Notes: generated by a model not told the origin, from the letters alone. Positions 23,018 through 38,300 are shown, numbered from the stretch's first letter. The stretch is 64,000 bases of DNA from Auanema rhodensis (GCA_964057225.1 OZ059899.1:17174001-17238000); one strand, 5' to 3'. Program-made: numbers and translations.

Positions 23018-26000
23018 TTGAAAAATGATGCATTAGTGTATGTTGAGTTTCCATGTACACTCAACATTGCTTCCAAAAACATTTTTACAAAAATTTTTCC
23101 GAAAAATTTCAAAATAATTTCGCAAAAAGTAGATGTTTTTAGATTCCTTTTTTCAAGGCAAAGACGATGGACATTGTTATTCAACGAAAAAATTAATTCT
23201 GCAGGGTGAAAATCGAGGATATAAGTGTGAACTTATATCAGTTGATATCTCGGTGAATTTTTAAGCTAGCGCAAATCTGATAACACAGATCGACGCAGCT
23301 TAAAAATCCGCATCGAATGCACTATACAACATTGAGAAACGCTTAATACAAAAATTAGTTATGATCGTTTGAAAAAAGACGCATTAGTGTATGTTGAGTT
23401 TCCATGTACACTCAACATTGCTTCCAAAAACATTTTGACAAAAATTTTTTCGAAAAGTTTCAAAATAATTTCGCAAAAAGTAAATGTTTTTAGATTCCTT
23501 TTTTCAAGGCAAAGACGATGGACAATGTTATTCAACGAAAAAATTAATTCTGCAGGGTGAAAATCGAGGATATAAGTGTGAACTTATATCAGTTGATATC
23601 TCGGTGAATTTTTAAGCTAGCGCAAATCTGATAACACAGATCGACGCAGCTTAAAAATCCGCATCGAATGCACTATACAACATTGAGAAACGCTTAATAC
23701 AAAAATTAGTTATGATCGTTTGAAAAAAGACGCATTAGTGTATGTTGAGTTTCCATGTACACTCAACATTGCTTCCAAAAACATTTTGACAAAAATTTTT
23801 TCGAAAAATTTCAGAATATTTTAGCAAAAAATAGTTGTTTTTAGATTCCTTTTTTCAACGCAAAGACGATGGACAATGTTATTCAACGAAAAAATTAATT
23901 CTGCAGGGTGAAAATCGAGGATATAAGTGTGAACTTATATCAGTTGATATCTCGGTGAATTTTTAAGCTAGCGCAAATCTGATAACACAGATCGACGCAG
24001 CTTAAACATCCGCATCGAATGCACTATACAACATTGAGAAACGCTTAATACAAAAATTAGTTATGATCGTTTGAAAAAAGACGCATTAGTGTATGTTGAG
24101 TTTCCATGTACACTCAACATTGCTTCCAAAAACATTTTTACAAAAATTTTTCCGAAAAATTTCAAAATAATTTCGCAAAAAGTAGATGTTTTTAGATTCC
24201 TTTTTTCAAGGCAAAGACGATGGACATTGTTATTCAACGAAAAAATTAATTCTGCAGGGTGAAAATCGAGGATATAAGTGTGAACTTATATCAGTTGATA
24301 TCTCGGTGCATTTTTAAGCTAGCGCAAATCTGATAACACAGATCGACGCAGTTTAAAAATCCGCATCGAATGCACTATACTACATTGAGAAACGCTCAAT
24401 ACAAAACTTAGTTATGATCGTTTGAAAAAAGATGCATTAGTGTATGTTGAGTTTCCATGTACACTCAACATTGCTTCCAAAAACATTTTTACAAAAATTT
24501 TTCCGAAAAATTTCGAAATAATTTCGCAGAAAGTAGATGTTTTTAGATTCTTTTTTTCAAGGCAAAGACGATGGACATTGTTATTCAACGAAAAAATTAA
24601 TTCTGCAGGGTGAAAATCGAGGATATAAGTGTGAACTTATATCAGTTGATATCTCGGTGCATTTTTAAGCTAGCGCAAATCTGATAACACAGATCGACGC
24701 AGTTTAAAAATCCGCATCGAATGCACTATACAACATTGAGAAACGCTTAATACAAAAATTAGTTATGATCGTTTGAAAAATGATGCATTAGTGTATGTTG
24801 AGTTTCCATGTACACTCAACATTGCTTCCAAAAACATTTTGACAAAAATTTTTCCAAAAAATTTCAAAATAATTTCGCAAAAAGTGAATGTTTTTAGATT
24901 CCGTTTTTCAAGGCAAAGACGATGGACAATGTTATTCAACGAAAAAATTAATTCTGCAGGGTGAAAATCGAGGATATAAGTGTGAACTTATATCAGTTGA
25001 TATCTCGGTGCATTTTTAAGCTAGCGCAAATCTGATAACACAGATCGACGCAGCTTACAAATCCGCATCGAATGCCTTATACAACATTGAGAAACGCTTA
25101 ATACAAAAATTAGTTATGATCGTTTGAAAAAAGACGCATTAGTGTATGTTGAGTTTCCATGTACACTCAACATTGCTTCCAAAAACATTTTGACAAAAAT
25201 TTTTTCGAAAAATTTCAGAATATTTTAGCAAAAAATAGTTGTTTTTAGATTCCTTTTTTCAAGGCAAAGACGATGGACAATGTTATTCAACGAAAAAATT
25301 AATTCTGCAGGGTGAAAATCGAGGATATAAATGTGAACTTATATCAGTTGATATCTCGGTGAATTTTTAAGCTAGCGCAAATCTGATAACACAGATCGAC
25401 GCAGCTTAAAAATCCGCATCGAATGCACTATACAACATTGAGAAACGCTTAATACAAAAATTAGTTATGATCGTTTGAAAAAAGACGCATTAGTGTATGT
25501 TGAGTTTCCATGTACACTCAACATTGCTTCCAAAAACATTTTTACAAAAATTTTTTCGAAAATTTTCAAAATAATTTCGCAAAAAGTAAATGTTTTTAGA
25601 TTCCTTTTTTCAAGGCAAAGACGATGGACAATGTTATTCAACGAAAAAATTAATTCTGCAGGGTGAAAATCGAGGATATAAGTGTGAACTTATATCAGTT
25701 GATATCTCGGTGAATTTTTAAGCTAGCGCAAATCTGATAACACAGATCGACGCAGCTTAAAAATCCGCATCGAATGCACTATACAACATTGAGAAACGCT
25801 TAATACAAAAATTAGTTATGATCGTTTGAAAAAAGACGCATTAGTGTATGTTGAGTTTCCATGTACACTCAACATTGCTTCCAAAAACATTTTGACAAAA
25901 ATTTTTTCGAAAAATTTCAGAATATTTTAGCAAAAAATAGTTGTTTTTAGATTCCTTTTTTCAACGCAAAGACGATGGACAATGTTATTCAACGAAAAAA

Positions 26001-29000
26001 TTAATTCTGCAGGGTGAAAATCGAGGATATAAGTGTGAACTTATATCAGTTGATATCTCGGTGAATTTTTAAGCTAGCGCAAATCTGATAACACAGATCG
26101 ACGCAGCTTAAACATCCGCATCGAATGCACTATACAACATTGAGAAACGCTTAATACAAAAATTAGTTATGATCGTTTGAAAAATGATGCATTAGTGTAT
26201 GTTGAGTTTCCATGTACACTCAACATTGCTTCCAAAAACATTTTTACAAAAATTTTTCCGAAAAATTTCAAAATAATTTCGCAAAAAGTAGATGTTTTTA
26301 GATTCCTTTTTTCAAGGCAAAGACGATGGACAATGTTATTCAACGAAAAAATTAATTCTCCAGGGTGAAAATCGAGGATATAAGTGTGAACTTATATCAG
26401 TTGATATCTCGGTGCATTTTTAAGCTAGCGCAAATCTGATAACACAGATCGACGCAGCTTAAAAATCCGCATCGAATGCACTATACAACATTGAGAAACG
26501 CTTAATACAAAAATTAGTTATGATCGTTTGAAAAAAGATGCATTAGTGTATGTTGAGTTTCCATGTACACTCAACATTGCTTCCAAAAACATTTTTACAA
26601 AAATTTTTCCGAAAAATTTCGAAACAATTTCGCAAAAAGTAGATGTTTTTAGATTCTTTTTTTCAAGGCAAAGACGATGGACATTGTTATTCAACGAAAA
26701 AATTAATTCTGCAGGGTGAAAATCGAGGATATAAGTGTGAACTTATATCAGTTGATATCTCGGTGCATTTTTAAGCTAGCGCAAATCTGATAACACAGAT
26801 CGACGCAGTTTAAAAATCCGCATCGAATGCACTATACTACATTGAGAAACGCTTAATACAAAACTTAGTTATGATCGTTTGAAAAAAGATGCATTAGTGT
26901 ATGTTGAGTTTCCATGTACACTCAACATTGCTTCCAAAAACATTTTTACAAAAATTTTTCCGAAAAATTTCGAAATAATTTCGCAGAAAGTAGATGTTTT
27001 TAGATTCTTTTTTTCAAGGCAAAGACGATGGACATTGTTATTCAACGAAAAAATTAATTCTGCAGGGTGAAAATCGAGGATATAAGTGTGAACTTATATC
27101 AGTTGATATCTCGGTGCATTTTTAAGCTAGCGCAAATCTGATAACACAGATCGACGCAGCTTACAAATCCGCATCGAATGCCTTATACAACATTGAGAAA
27201 CGCTTAATACAAAAATTAGTTATGATCGTTTGAAAAAAGACGCATTAGTGTATGTTGAGTTTCCATGTACACTCAACATTGCTTCCAAAAACATTTTGAC
27301 AAAAATTTTTTCGAAAAATTTCAGAATATTTTAGCAAAAAATAGTTGTTTTTAGATTCCTTTTTTCAAGGCAAAGACGATGGACAATGTTATTCAACGAA
27401 AAAATTAATTCTGCAGGGTGAAAATCGAGGATATAAATGTGAACTTATATCAGTTGATATCTCGGTGAATTTTTAAGCTAGCGCAAATCTGATAACACAG
27501 ATCGACGCAGCTTAAAAATCCGCATCGAATGCACTATACAACATTGAGAAACGCTTAATACAAAAATTAGTTATGATCGTTTGAAAAAAGACGCATTAGT
27601 GTATGTTGAGTTTCCATGTACACTCAACATTGCTTCCAAAAACATTTTTACAAAAATTTTTCCGAAAAATTTCAAAATAATTTCGCAAAAAGTAGATGTT
27701 TTTAGATTTTTTTTCAAGGCAAAGACGATGGACAATGTTATTCAACGAAAAAATTAATTCTCCAGAGTGAAAATCGAGGATATAAGTGTGAACTTATATC
27801 AGTTGATATCTCGGTGCATTTTTAAGCTAGCGCAAATCTGATAACACAGATCGACGCAGCTTAAAAATCCGCATCGAATGCACTATACAACATTGAGAAA
27901 CGCTTAATACAAAAATTAGTTATGATCGTTTGAAAAATGATGCATTAGTGTATGTTGAGTTTCCATGTACACTCAACATTGCTTCCAAAAACATTTTTAC
28001 AAAAATTTTTCCGAAAAATTTCAAAATAATTTCGCAAAAAGTAGATGTTTTTAGATTCCTTTTTTCAAGGCAAAGACGATGGACATTGTTATTCAACGAA
28101 AAAATTAATTCTGCAGGGTGAAAATCGAGGATATAAGTGTGAACTTATATCAGTTGATATCTCGGTGAATTTTTAAGCTAGCGCAAATCTGATAACACAG
28201 ATCGACGCAGCTTAAAAATCCGCATCGAATGCACTATACAACATTGAGAAACGCTTAATACAAAAATTAGTTATGATCGTTTGAAAAAAGACGCATTAGT
28301 GTATGTTGAGTTTCCATGTACACTCAACATTGCTTCCAAAAACATTTTGACAAAAATTTTTTCGAAAATTTTCAAAATAATTTCGCAAAAAGTAAATGTT
28401 TTTAGATTCCTTTTTTCAAGGCAAAGACGATGGACAATGTTATTCAACGAAAAAATTAATTCTGCAGGGTGAAAATCGAGGATATAAGTGTGAACTTATA
28501 TCAGTTGATATCTCGGTGAATTTTTGAGCTAGCGCAAATCTGATAACACAGATCGACGCAGCTTAAAAATCCGCATCGAATGCACTATACAACATTGAGA
28601 AACGCTTAATACAAAAATTAGTTATGATCGTTTGAAAAAAGACGCATTAGTGTATGTTGAGTTTCCATGTACACTCAACATTGCTTCCAAAAACATTTTG
28701 ACAAAAATTTTTTCGAAAAATTTCAGAATATTTTAGCAAAAAATAGTTGTTTTTAGATTCCTTTTTTCAACGCAAAGACGATGGACAATGTTATTCAACG
28801 AAAAAATTAATTCTGCAGGGTGAAAATCGAGGATATAAGTGTGAACTTATATCAGTTGATATCTCGGTGAATTTTTAAGCTAGCGCAAATCTGATAACAC
28901 AGATCGACGCAGCTTAAAAATCCGCATCGAATGCACTATACAACATTGAGAAACGCTTAATACAAAAATTAGTTATGATCGTTTGAAAAAAGACGCATTA

Positions 29001-31088
29001 GTGTATGTTGAGTTTCCATGTACACTCAACATTGCTTCCAAAAACATTTTTACAAAACTTTTTCCGAAAAATTTCAAAATAATTTCGCAAAAAGTAGATG
29101 TTTTTAGATTCCTTTTTTCAAGGCAAAGACGATGGACAATGTTATTCAACGAAAAAATTAATTCTGCAGGGTGAAAATCGAGGATATAAGTGTGAACTTA
29201 TATCAGTTGATATCTCGGTGAATTTTTAAGCTAGCGCAAATCTGATAACACAGATCGACGCAGCTTAAAAATCCGCATCGAATGCACTATACAACATTGA
29301 GAAACGCTTAATACAAAAATTAGTTATGATCGTTTGAAAAATGATGCATTAGTGTATGTTGAGTTTCCATGTACACTCAACATTGCTTCCAAAAACATTT
29401 TTACAAAAATTTTTCCGAAAAATTTCAAAATAATTTCGCAAAAAGTAGATGTTTTTAGATTCCTTTTTTCAAGGCAAAGACGATGGACAATGTTATTCAA
29501 CGAAAAAATTAATTCTCCAGGGTGAAAATCGAGGATATAAGTGTGAACTTATATCAGTTGATATCTCGGTGCATTTTTAAGCTAGCGCAAATCTGATAAC
29601 ACAGATCGACGCAGCTTAAAAATCCGCATCGAATGCACTATACAACATTGAGAAACGCTTAATACAAAAATTAGTTATGATCGTTTGAAAAATGATGCAT
29701 TAGTGTATGTTGAGTTTCCATGTACACTCAACATTGCTTCCAAAAACATTTTTACAAAAATTTTTCCGAAAAATTTCGAAACAATTTCGCAAAAAGTAGA
29801 TGTTTTTAGATTCCTTTTTTCAAGGCAAAGACGATGGACATTGTTATTCAACGAAAAAATTAATTCTGCAGGGTGAAAATCGAGGATATAAGTGTGAACT
29901 TATATCAGTTGATATCTCGGTGCATTTTTAAGCTAGCGCAAATCTGATAACACAGATCGACGCAGTTTAAAAATCCGCATCGAATGCACTATACTACATT
30001 GAGAAACGCTCAATACAAAACTTAGTTATGATCGTTTGAAAAAAGATGCATTAGTGTATGTTGAGTTTCCATGTACACTCAACATTGCTTCCAAAAACAT
30101 TTTTACAAAAATTTTTCCGAAAAATTTCGAAATAATTTCGCAGAAAGTAGATGTTTTTAGATTCTTTTTTTCAAGGCAAAGACGATGGACATTGTTATTC
30201 AACGAAAAAATTAATTCTGCAGGGTGAAAATCGAGGATATAAGTGTGAACTTATATCAGTTGATATCTCGGTGCATTTTTAAGCTAGCGCAAATCTGATA
30301 ACACAGATCGACGCAGCTTACAAATCCGCATCGAATGCACTATACAACATTGAGAAACGCTTAATACAAAAATAAGTTATGATCGTTTGAAAAATGATGC
30401 ATTAGTGTATGTTGAGTTTCCATGTACACTCAACATTGCTTCCAAAAACATTTTGACAAAAATTTTTCCAAGAAATTTCAAAATAATTTCGCAAAAAGTG
30501 AATGTTTTTAGATTCCGTTTTTCAAGGCAAAGACGATGGACAATGTTATTCAACGAAAAAATTAATTCTGCAGGGTGAAAATCGAGGATATAAGTGTGAA
30601 CTTATATCAGTTGATATCTCGGTGAATTTTTAAGCTAGCGCAAATCTGATAACACAGATCGACGCAGCTTACAAATCCGCATCGAATGCCTTATACAACA
30701 TTGAGAAACGCTTAATACAAAAATTAGTTATGATCGTTTGAAAAAAGACGCATTAGTGTATGTTGAGTTTCCATGTACACTCAACATTGCTTCCAAAAAC
30801 ATTTTGACAAAAATTTTTCCAAAAAATTTCAAAATAATTTCGCAAAAAGTAAATGTTTTTAGATTCCTTTTTTCAAGGCAAAGACGATGGACATTGTTAT
30901 TCAACGAAAAAATTAATTCTGCATTGTGAAAATCGAGGATATAAGTGTGAACTTATATCAGTTGATATCTCGGTGCATTTTTAAGCTAGCGCAAATCTGA
31001 TAACACAGATCGACGCAGCTTAAAAATCCGCATCGAATGCACTATACTACATTGAGAAACGCTTAATACAAAAATTAGTTATGATCGT

Positions 31089-34000
31089 TTGAAAAATGAT
31101 GCATTAGTGTATGTTGAGTTTCCATGTACACTCAACATTGCTTCCAAAAACATTTTGACAAAAATTTTTCCAAAAAATTTCAAAATAATTTCGCAAAAAG
31201 TGAATGTTTTTAGATTCCGTTTTTCAAGGCAAAGACGATGGACAATGTTATTCAACGAAAAAATTAATTCTGCAGGGTGAAAATCGAGGATATAAGTGTG
31301 AACTTATATCAGTTGATATCTCGGTGCATTTTTAAGCTAGCGCAAATCTGATAACACAGATCGACGCAGCTTACAAATCCGCATCGAATGCCTTATACAA
31401 CATTGAGAAACGCTTAATACAAAAATTAGTTATGATCGTTTGAAAAAAGACGCATTAGTGTATGTTGAGTTTCCATGTACACTCAACATTGCTTCCAAAA
31501 ACATTTTGACAAAAATTTTTCCAAAAAATTTCAAAATAATTTCGCAAAAAGTAAATGTTTTTAGATTCCTTTTTTCAAGGCAAAGACGATGGACATTGTT
31601 ATTCAACGAAAAAATTAATTCTGCAGGGTGAAAATCGAGGATATAAGTGTGAACTTATATCAGTTGATATCTCGGTGCATTTTTAAGCTAGCGCAAATCT
31701 GATAACACAGATCGACGCAGCTTAAAAATCCGCATCGAATGCACTATACTACATTGAGAAACGCTTAATACAAAAATTAGTTATGATCGTTTGAAAAAAG
31801 ACGCATTAGTGTATGTTGAGTTTCCATGTACACTCAACATTGCTTCCAAAAACATTTTTACAAAAATTTTTCCAAAAAATTTCAAAATAATTTCGCAAAA
31901 AGTGAATGTTTTTAGATTCCGTTTTTCAAGGCAAAGACGATGGACAATGTTATTCAACGAAAAAATTAATTCTGCAGGGTGAAAATCGAGGATATAAGTG
32001 TGAACTTATATCAGTTGATATCTCGGTGCATTTTTAAGCTAGCGCAAATCTGATAACACAGATCGACGCAGCTTACAAATCCGCATCGAATGCCTTATAC
32101 AACATTGAGAAACGCTTAATACAAAAATTAGTTATGATCGTTTGAAAAAAGACGCATTAGTGTATGTTGAGTTTCCATGTACACTCAACATTGCTTCCAA
32201 AAACATTTTTACAAAAATTTTTCCGAAAAATTTCAAAATAATTTCGCAAAAAGTAGATGTTTTTAGATTCCTTTTTTCAAGGCAAAGACGATGGACAATG
32301 TTATTCAACGGAAAAATTAATTCTGCAGGGTGAAAATCGAGGATATAAGTGTGAACTTATATCAGTTGATATCTCGGTGCATTTTTAAGCTAGCGCAAAT
32401 CTGATAACACAGATCGACGCAGCTTAAAAATCCGCATCGAATGCACTATACAACATTGAGAAACGCTTAATACAAAAATTAGTTATGATCGTTTGAAAAA
32501 TGATGCATTAGTGTATGTTGAGTTTCCATGTACACTCAACATTGCTTCCAAAAACATTTTGACAAAAATTTTTCCAAAAAATTTCAAAATAATTTCGCAA
32601 AAAGTGAATGTTTTTAGATTCCATTTTTCAAGGCAAAGACGATGGACAATGTTATTCAACGAAAAAATTAATTCTGCAGGGTGAAAATCGAGGATATAAG
32701 TGTGAACTTATATCAGTTGATATCTCGGTGCATTTTTAAGCTAGCGCAAATCTGATAACACAGATCGACGCAGCTTACAAATCCGCATCGAATGCCTTAT
32801 ACAACATTGAGAAACGCTTAATACAAAAATTAGTTATGATCGTTTGAAAAAAGACGCATTAGTGTATGTTGAGTTTCCATGTACACTCAACATTGCTTCC
32901 AAAAACATTTTGACAAAAATTTTTCCAAAAAATTTCAAAATATTTTCGCAAAAAGTAAATGTTTTTAGATTCCTTTTTTCAAGGCAAAGACGATGGACAT
33001 TGTTATTCAACGAAAAAATTAATTCTGCAGGGTGAAAATCGAGGATATAAGTGTGAACTTATATCAGTTGATATCTCGGTGCATTTTTAAGCTAGCGCAA
33101 ATCTGATAACACAGATCGACGCAGCTTAAAAATCCGCATCGAATGCACTATACAACATTGAGAAACGCTTAATACAAAAATTAGTTATGATCGTTTGAAA
33201 AATGATGCATTAGTGTATGTTGAGTTTCCATGTACACTCAACATTGCTTCCAAAAACATTTTGACAAAAATTTTTCCAAAAAATTTCAAAATATTTTCGC
33301 AAAAAGTAAATGTTTTTAGATTCCTTTTTTCAAGGCAAAGACGATGGACATTGTTATTCAACGAAAAAATTAATTCTGCAGGGTGAAAATCGAGGATATA
33401 AGTGTGAACTTATATCAGTTGATATCTCGGTGCATTTTTAAGCTAGCGCAAATCTGATAACACAGATCGACGCAGCTTACAAATCCGCATCGAATGCACT
33501 ATACAACATTGAGAAACGCTTAATACAAAAATTAGTTATGATCGTTTGAAAAATGATGCATTAGTGTATGTTGAGTTTCCATGTACACTCAACATTGCTT
33601 CCAAAAACATTTTGACAAAAATTTTTCCAAAAAATTTCAAAATAATTTCGCAAAAAGTGAATGTTTTTAGATTCCGTTTTTCAAGGCAAAGACGATGGAC
33701 AATGTTATTCAACGAAAAAATTAATTCTGCAGGGTGAAAATCGAGGATATAAGTGTGAACTTATATCAGTTGATATCTCGGTGCATTTTTAAGCTAGCGC
33801 AAATCTGATAACACAGATCGACGCAGCTTACAAATCCGCATCGAATGCCTTATACAACATTGAGAAACGCTTAATACAAAAATTAGTTATGATCGTTTGA
33901 AAAAAGACGCATTAGTGTATGTTGAGTTTCCATGTACACTCAACATTGCTTCCAAAAACATTTTGACAAAAATTTTTCCAAAAAATTTCAAAATAATTTC

Positions 34001-35300
34001 GCAAAAAGTAAATGTTTTTAGATTCCTTTTTTCAAGGCAAAGACGATGGACATTGTTATTCAACGAAAAAATTAATTCTGCAGGGTGAAAATCGAGGATA
34101 TAAGTGTGAACTTATATCAGTTGATATCTCGGTGCATTTTTAAGCTAGCGCAAATCTGATAACACAGATCGACGCAGCTTAAAAATCCGCATCGAATGCA
34201 CTATACTACATTGAGAAACGCTTAATACAAAAATTAGTTATGATCGTTTGAAAAAAGACGCATTAGTGTATGTTGAGTTTCCATGTACACTCAACATTGC
34301 TTCCAAAAACATTTTTACAAAAATTTTTCCAAAAAATTTCAAAATAATTTCGCAAAAAGTGAATGTTTTTAGATTCCGTTTTTCAAGGCAAAGACGATGG
34401 ACAATGTTATTCAACGAAAAAATTAATTCTGCAGGGTGAAAATCGAGGATATAAGTGTGAACTTATATCAGTTGATATCTCGGTGCATTTTTAAGCTAGC
34501 GCAAATCTGATAACACAGATCGACGCAGCTTACAAATCCGCATCGAATGCCTTATACAACATTGAAAAACGCTTAATACAAAAATTAGTTATGATCGTTT
34601 GAAAAAAGACGCATTAGTGTATGTTGAGTTTCCATGTACACTCAACATTGCTTCCAAAAACATTTTTACAAAAATTTTTCCGAAAAATTTCAAAATAATT
34701 TCGCAAAAAGTAGATGTTTTTAGATTCCTTTTTTCAAGGCAAAGACGATGGACAATGTTATTCAACGGAAAAATTAATTCTGCAGGGTGAAAATCGAGGA
34801 TATAAGTGTGAACTTATATCAGTTGATATCTCGGTGCATTTTTAAGCTAGCGCAAATCTGATAACACAGATCGACGCAGCTTAAAAATCCGCATCGAATG
34901 CACTATACAACATTGAGAAACGCTTAATACAAAAATTAGTTATGATCGTTTGAAAAATGATGCATTAGTGTATGTTGAGTTTCCATGTACACTCAACATT
35001 GCTTCCAAAAACATTTTGACAAAAATTTTTCCAAAAAATTTCAAAATAATTTCGCAAAAAGTGAATGTTTTTAGATTCCATTTTTCAAGGCAAAGACGAT
35101 GGACAATGTTATTCAACGAAAAAATTAATTCTGCAGGGTGAAAATCGAGGATATAAGTGTGAACTTATATCAGTTGATATCTCGGTGCATTTTTAAGCTA
35201 GCGCAAATCTGATAACACAGATCGACGCAGCTTACAAATCCGCATCGAATGCCTTATACAACATTGAGAAACGCTTAATACAAAAATTAGTTATGATCGT
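31089..35300 (+). repeat. 5-monomer block present twice (31089-32843 and 33546-35300, offset 2457 = 7 monomers)
   Basis: Identical series of translated variants in the ORF track, including the rare ttccAttt allele (monomers 32493 and 34950). Confidence 0.85.
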
Positions 35301-38300
35301 TTGAAAAAAGACGCATTAGTGTATGTTGAGTTTCCATGTACACTCAACATTGCTTCCAAAAACATTTTTACAAAAATTTTTCCGAAAAATTTCAAAATAA
35401 TTTCGCAAAAAGTAGATGTTTTTAGATTCCTTTTTTCAAGGCAAAGACGATGGACAATGTTATTCAACGGAAAAATTAATTCTGCAGGGTGAAAATCGAG
35501 GATATAAGTGTGAACTTATATCAGTTGATATCTCGGTGCATTTTTAAGCTAGCGCAAATCTGATAACACAGATCGACGCAGCTTAAAAATCCGCATCGAA
35601 TGCACTATACAACATTGAGAAACGCTTAATACAAAAATTAGTTATGATCGTTTGAAAAATGATGCATTAGTGTATGTTGAGTTTCCATGTACACTCAACA
35701 TTGCTTCCAAAAACATTTTGACAAAAATTTTTCCAAAAAATTTCAAAATAATTTCGCAAAAAGTGAATGTTTTTAGATTCCATTTTTCAAGGCAAAGACG
35801 ATGGACAATGTTATTTAACGAAAAAATTAATTCTGCAGGGTGAAAATCGAGGATATAAGTGTGAACTTATATCAGTTGATATCTCGGTGCATTTTTAAGC
35901 TAGCGCAAATCTGATAACACAGATCGACGCAGCTTACAAATCCGCATCGAATGCCTTATACAACATTGAGAAACGCTTAATACAAAAATTAGTTATGATC
36001 GTTTGAAAAAAGACGCATTAGTGTATGTTGAGTTTCCATGTACACTCAACATTGCTTCCAAAAACATTTTGACAAAAATTTTTCCAAAAAATTTCAAAAT
36101 AATTTCGCAAAAAGTAAATGTTTTTAGATTCCTTTTTTCAAGGCAAAGACGATGGACATTGTTATTCAACGAAAAAATTAATTCTGCAGGGTGAAAATCG
36201 AGGATATAAGTGTGAACTTATATCAGTTGATATCTCGGTGCATTTTTAAGCTAGCGCAAATCTGATAACACAGATCGACGCAGCTTAAAAATCCGCATCG
36301 AATGCACTATACTACATTGAGAAACGCTTAATACAAAAATTAGTTATGATCGTTTGAAAAAAGACGCATTAGTGTATGTTGAGTTTCCATGTACACTCAA
36401 CATTGCTTCCAAAAACATTTTGACAAAAATTTTTCCAAAAAATTTCAAAATAATTTCGCAAAAAGTAGATGTTTTTAGATTCCTTTTTTCAAGGCAAAGA
36501 CGATGGACAATGTTATTCAACGGAAAAATTAATTCTGCAGGGTGAAAATCGAGGATATAAGTGTGAACTTATATCAGTTGATATCTCGGTGCATTTTTAA
36601 GCTAGCGCAAATCTGATAACACAGATCGACGCAGCTTAAAAATCCGCATCGAATGCACTATACAACATTGAGAAACGCTTAATACAAAAATTAGTTATGA
36701 TCGTTTGAAAAATGATGCATTAGTGTATGTTGAGTTTCCATGTACACTCAACATTGCTTCCAAAAACATTTTGACAAAAATTTTTCCAAAAAATTTCAAA
36801 ATAATTTCGCAAAAAGTAAATGTTTTTAGATTCCTTTTTTCAAGGCAAAGACGATGGACAATGTTATTCAACGAAAAAATTAATTCTCCAGGGTGAAAAT
36901 CGAGGATATAAGTGTGAACTTATATCAGTTGATATCTCGGTGCATTTTTAAGCTAGCGCAAATCTGATAACACAGATCGACGCAGCTTAAAAATCCGCAT
37001 CGAATGCACTATACAACATTGAGAAACGCTTAATACAAAAATTAGTTATGATCGTTTGAAAAATGATGCATTAGTGTATGTTGAGTTTCCATGTACACTC
37101 AACATTGCTTCCAAAAACATTTTGACAAAAATTTTTCCAAAAAATTTCAAAATAATTTCGCAAAAAGTGAATGTTTTTAGATTCCGTTTTTCAAGGCAAA
37201 AACGATGGACAATGTTATTCAACAAAAAAATTAATTCTGCAGGGTGAAAATCGAGGATATAAGTGTGAACTTATATCAGTTGATATCTCGGTGCATTTTT
37301 AAGCTAGCGCAAATCTGATAACACAGATCGACGCAGCTTAAAAATCCGCATCGAATGCACTATACAACATTGAGAAACGCTTAATACAAAAATTAGTTAT
37401 GATCGTTTGAAAAATGATGCATTAGTGTATGTTGAGTTTCCATGTACACTCAACATTGCTTCCAAAAACATTTTGACAAAAATTTTTCCAAAAAATTTCA
37501 AAATAATTTCGCAAAAAGTAGATGTTTTTAGATTCCTTTTTTCAAGGCAAAGACGATGGACAATGTTATTCAACGGAAAAATTAATTCTGCAGGGTGAAA
37601 ATCGAGGATATAAGTGTGAACTTATATCAGTTGATATCTCGGTGCATTTTTAAGCTAGCGCAAATCTGATAACACAGATCGACGCAGCTTAAAAATCCGC
37701 ATCGAATGCACTATACAACATTGAGAAACGCTTAATACAAAAATTAGTTATGATCGTTTGAAAAATGATGCATTAGTGTATGTTGAGTTTCCATGTACAC
37801 TCAACATTGCTTCCAAAAACATTTTGACAAAAATTTTTCCAAAAAATTTCAAAATAATTTCGCAAAAAGTAAATGTTTTTAGATTCCTTTTTTCAAGGCA
37901 AAGACGATGGACAATGTTATTCAACGAAAAAATTAATTCTCCAGGGTGAAAATCGAGGATATAAGTGTGAACTTATATCAGTTGATATCTCGGTGCATTT
38001 TTAAGCTAGCGCAAATCTGATAACACAGATCGACGCAGCTTAAAAATCCGCATCGAATGCACTATACAACATTGAGAAACGCTTAATACAAAAATTAGTT
38101 ATGATCGTTTGAAAAAAGACGCATTAGTGTATGTTGAGTTTCCATGTACACTCAACATTGCTTCCAAAAACATTTTGACAAAAATTTTTTCGAAAATTTT
38201 CAAAATAATTTCGCAAAAAGTAAATGTTTTTAGATTCCTTTTTTCAAGGCAAAGACGATGGACAATGTTATTCAACGAAAAAATTAATTCTGCAGGGTGA

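Larger units (their letters stand above)
1..30700. repeat. Left satellite domain
   Basis: Contains all 21 monomers with the 'ttcagaatattttagcaaaaaatagttg' haplotype and all 11 349-bp monomers. ggtgAattt predominates in the first 19 kb and is mixed with ggtgCattt thereafter. Boundary is approximate. Confidence 0.85.
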
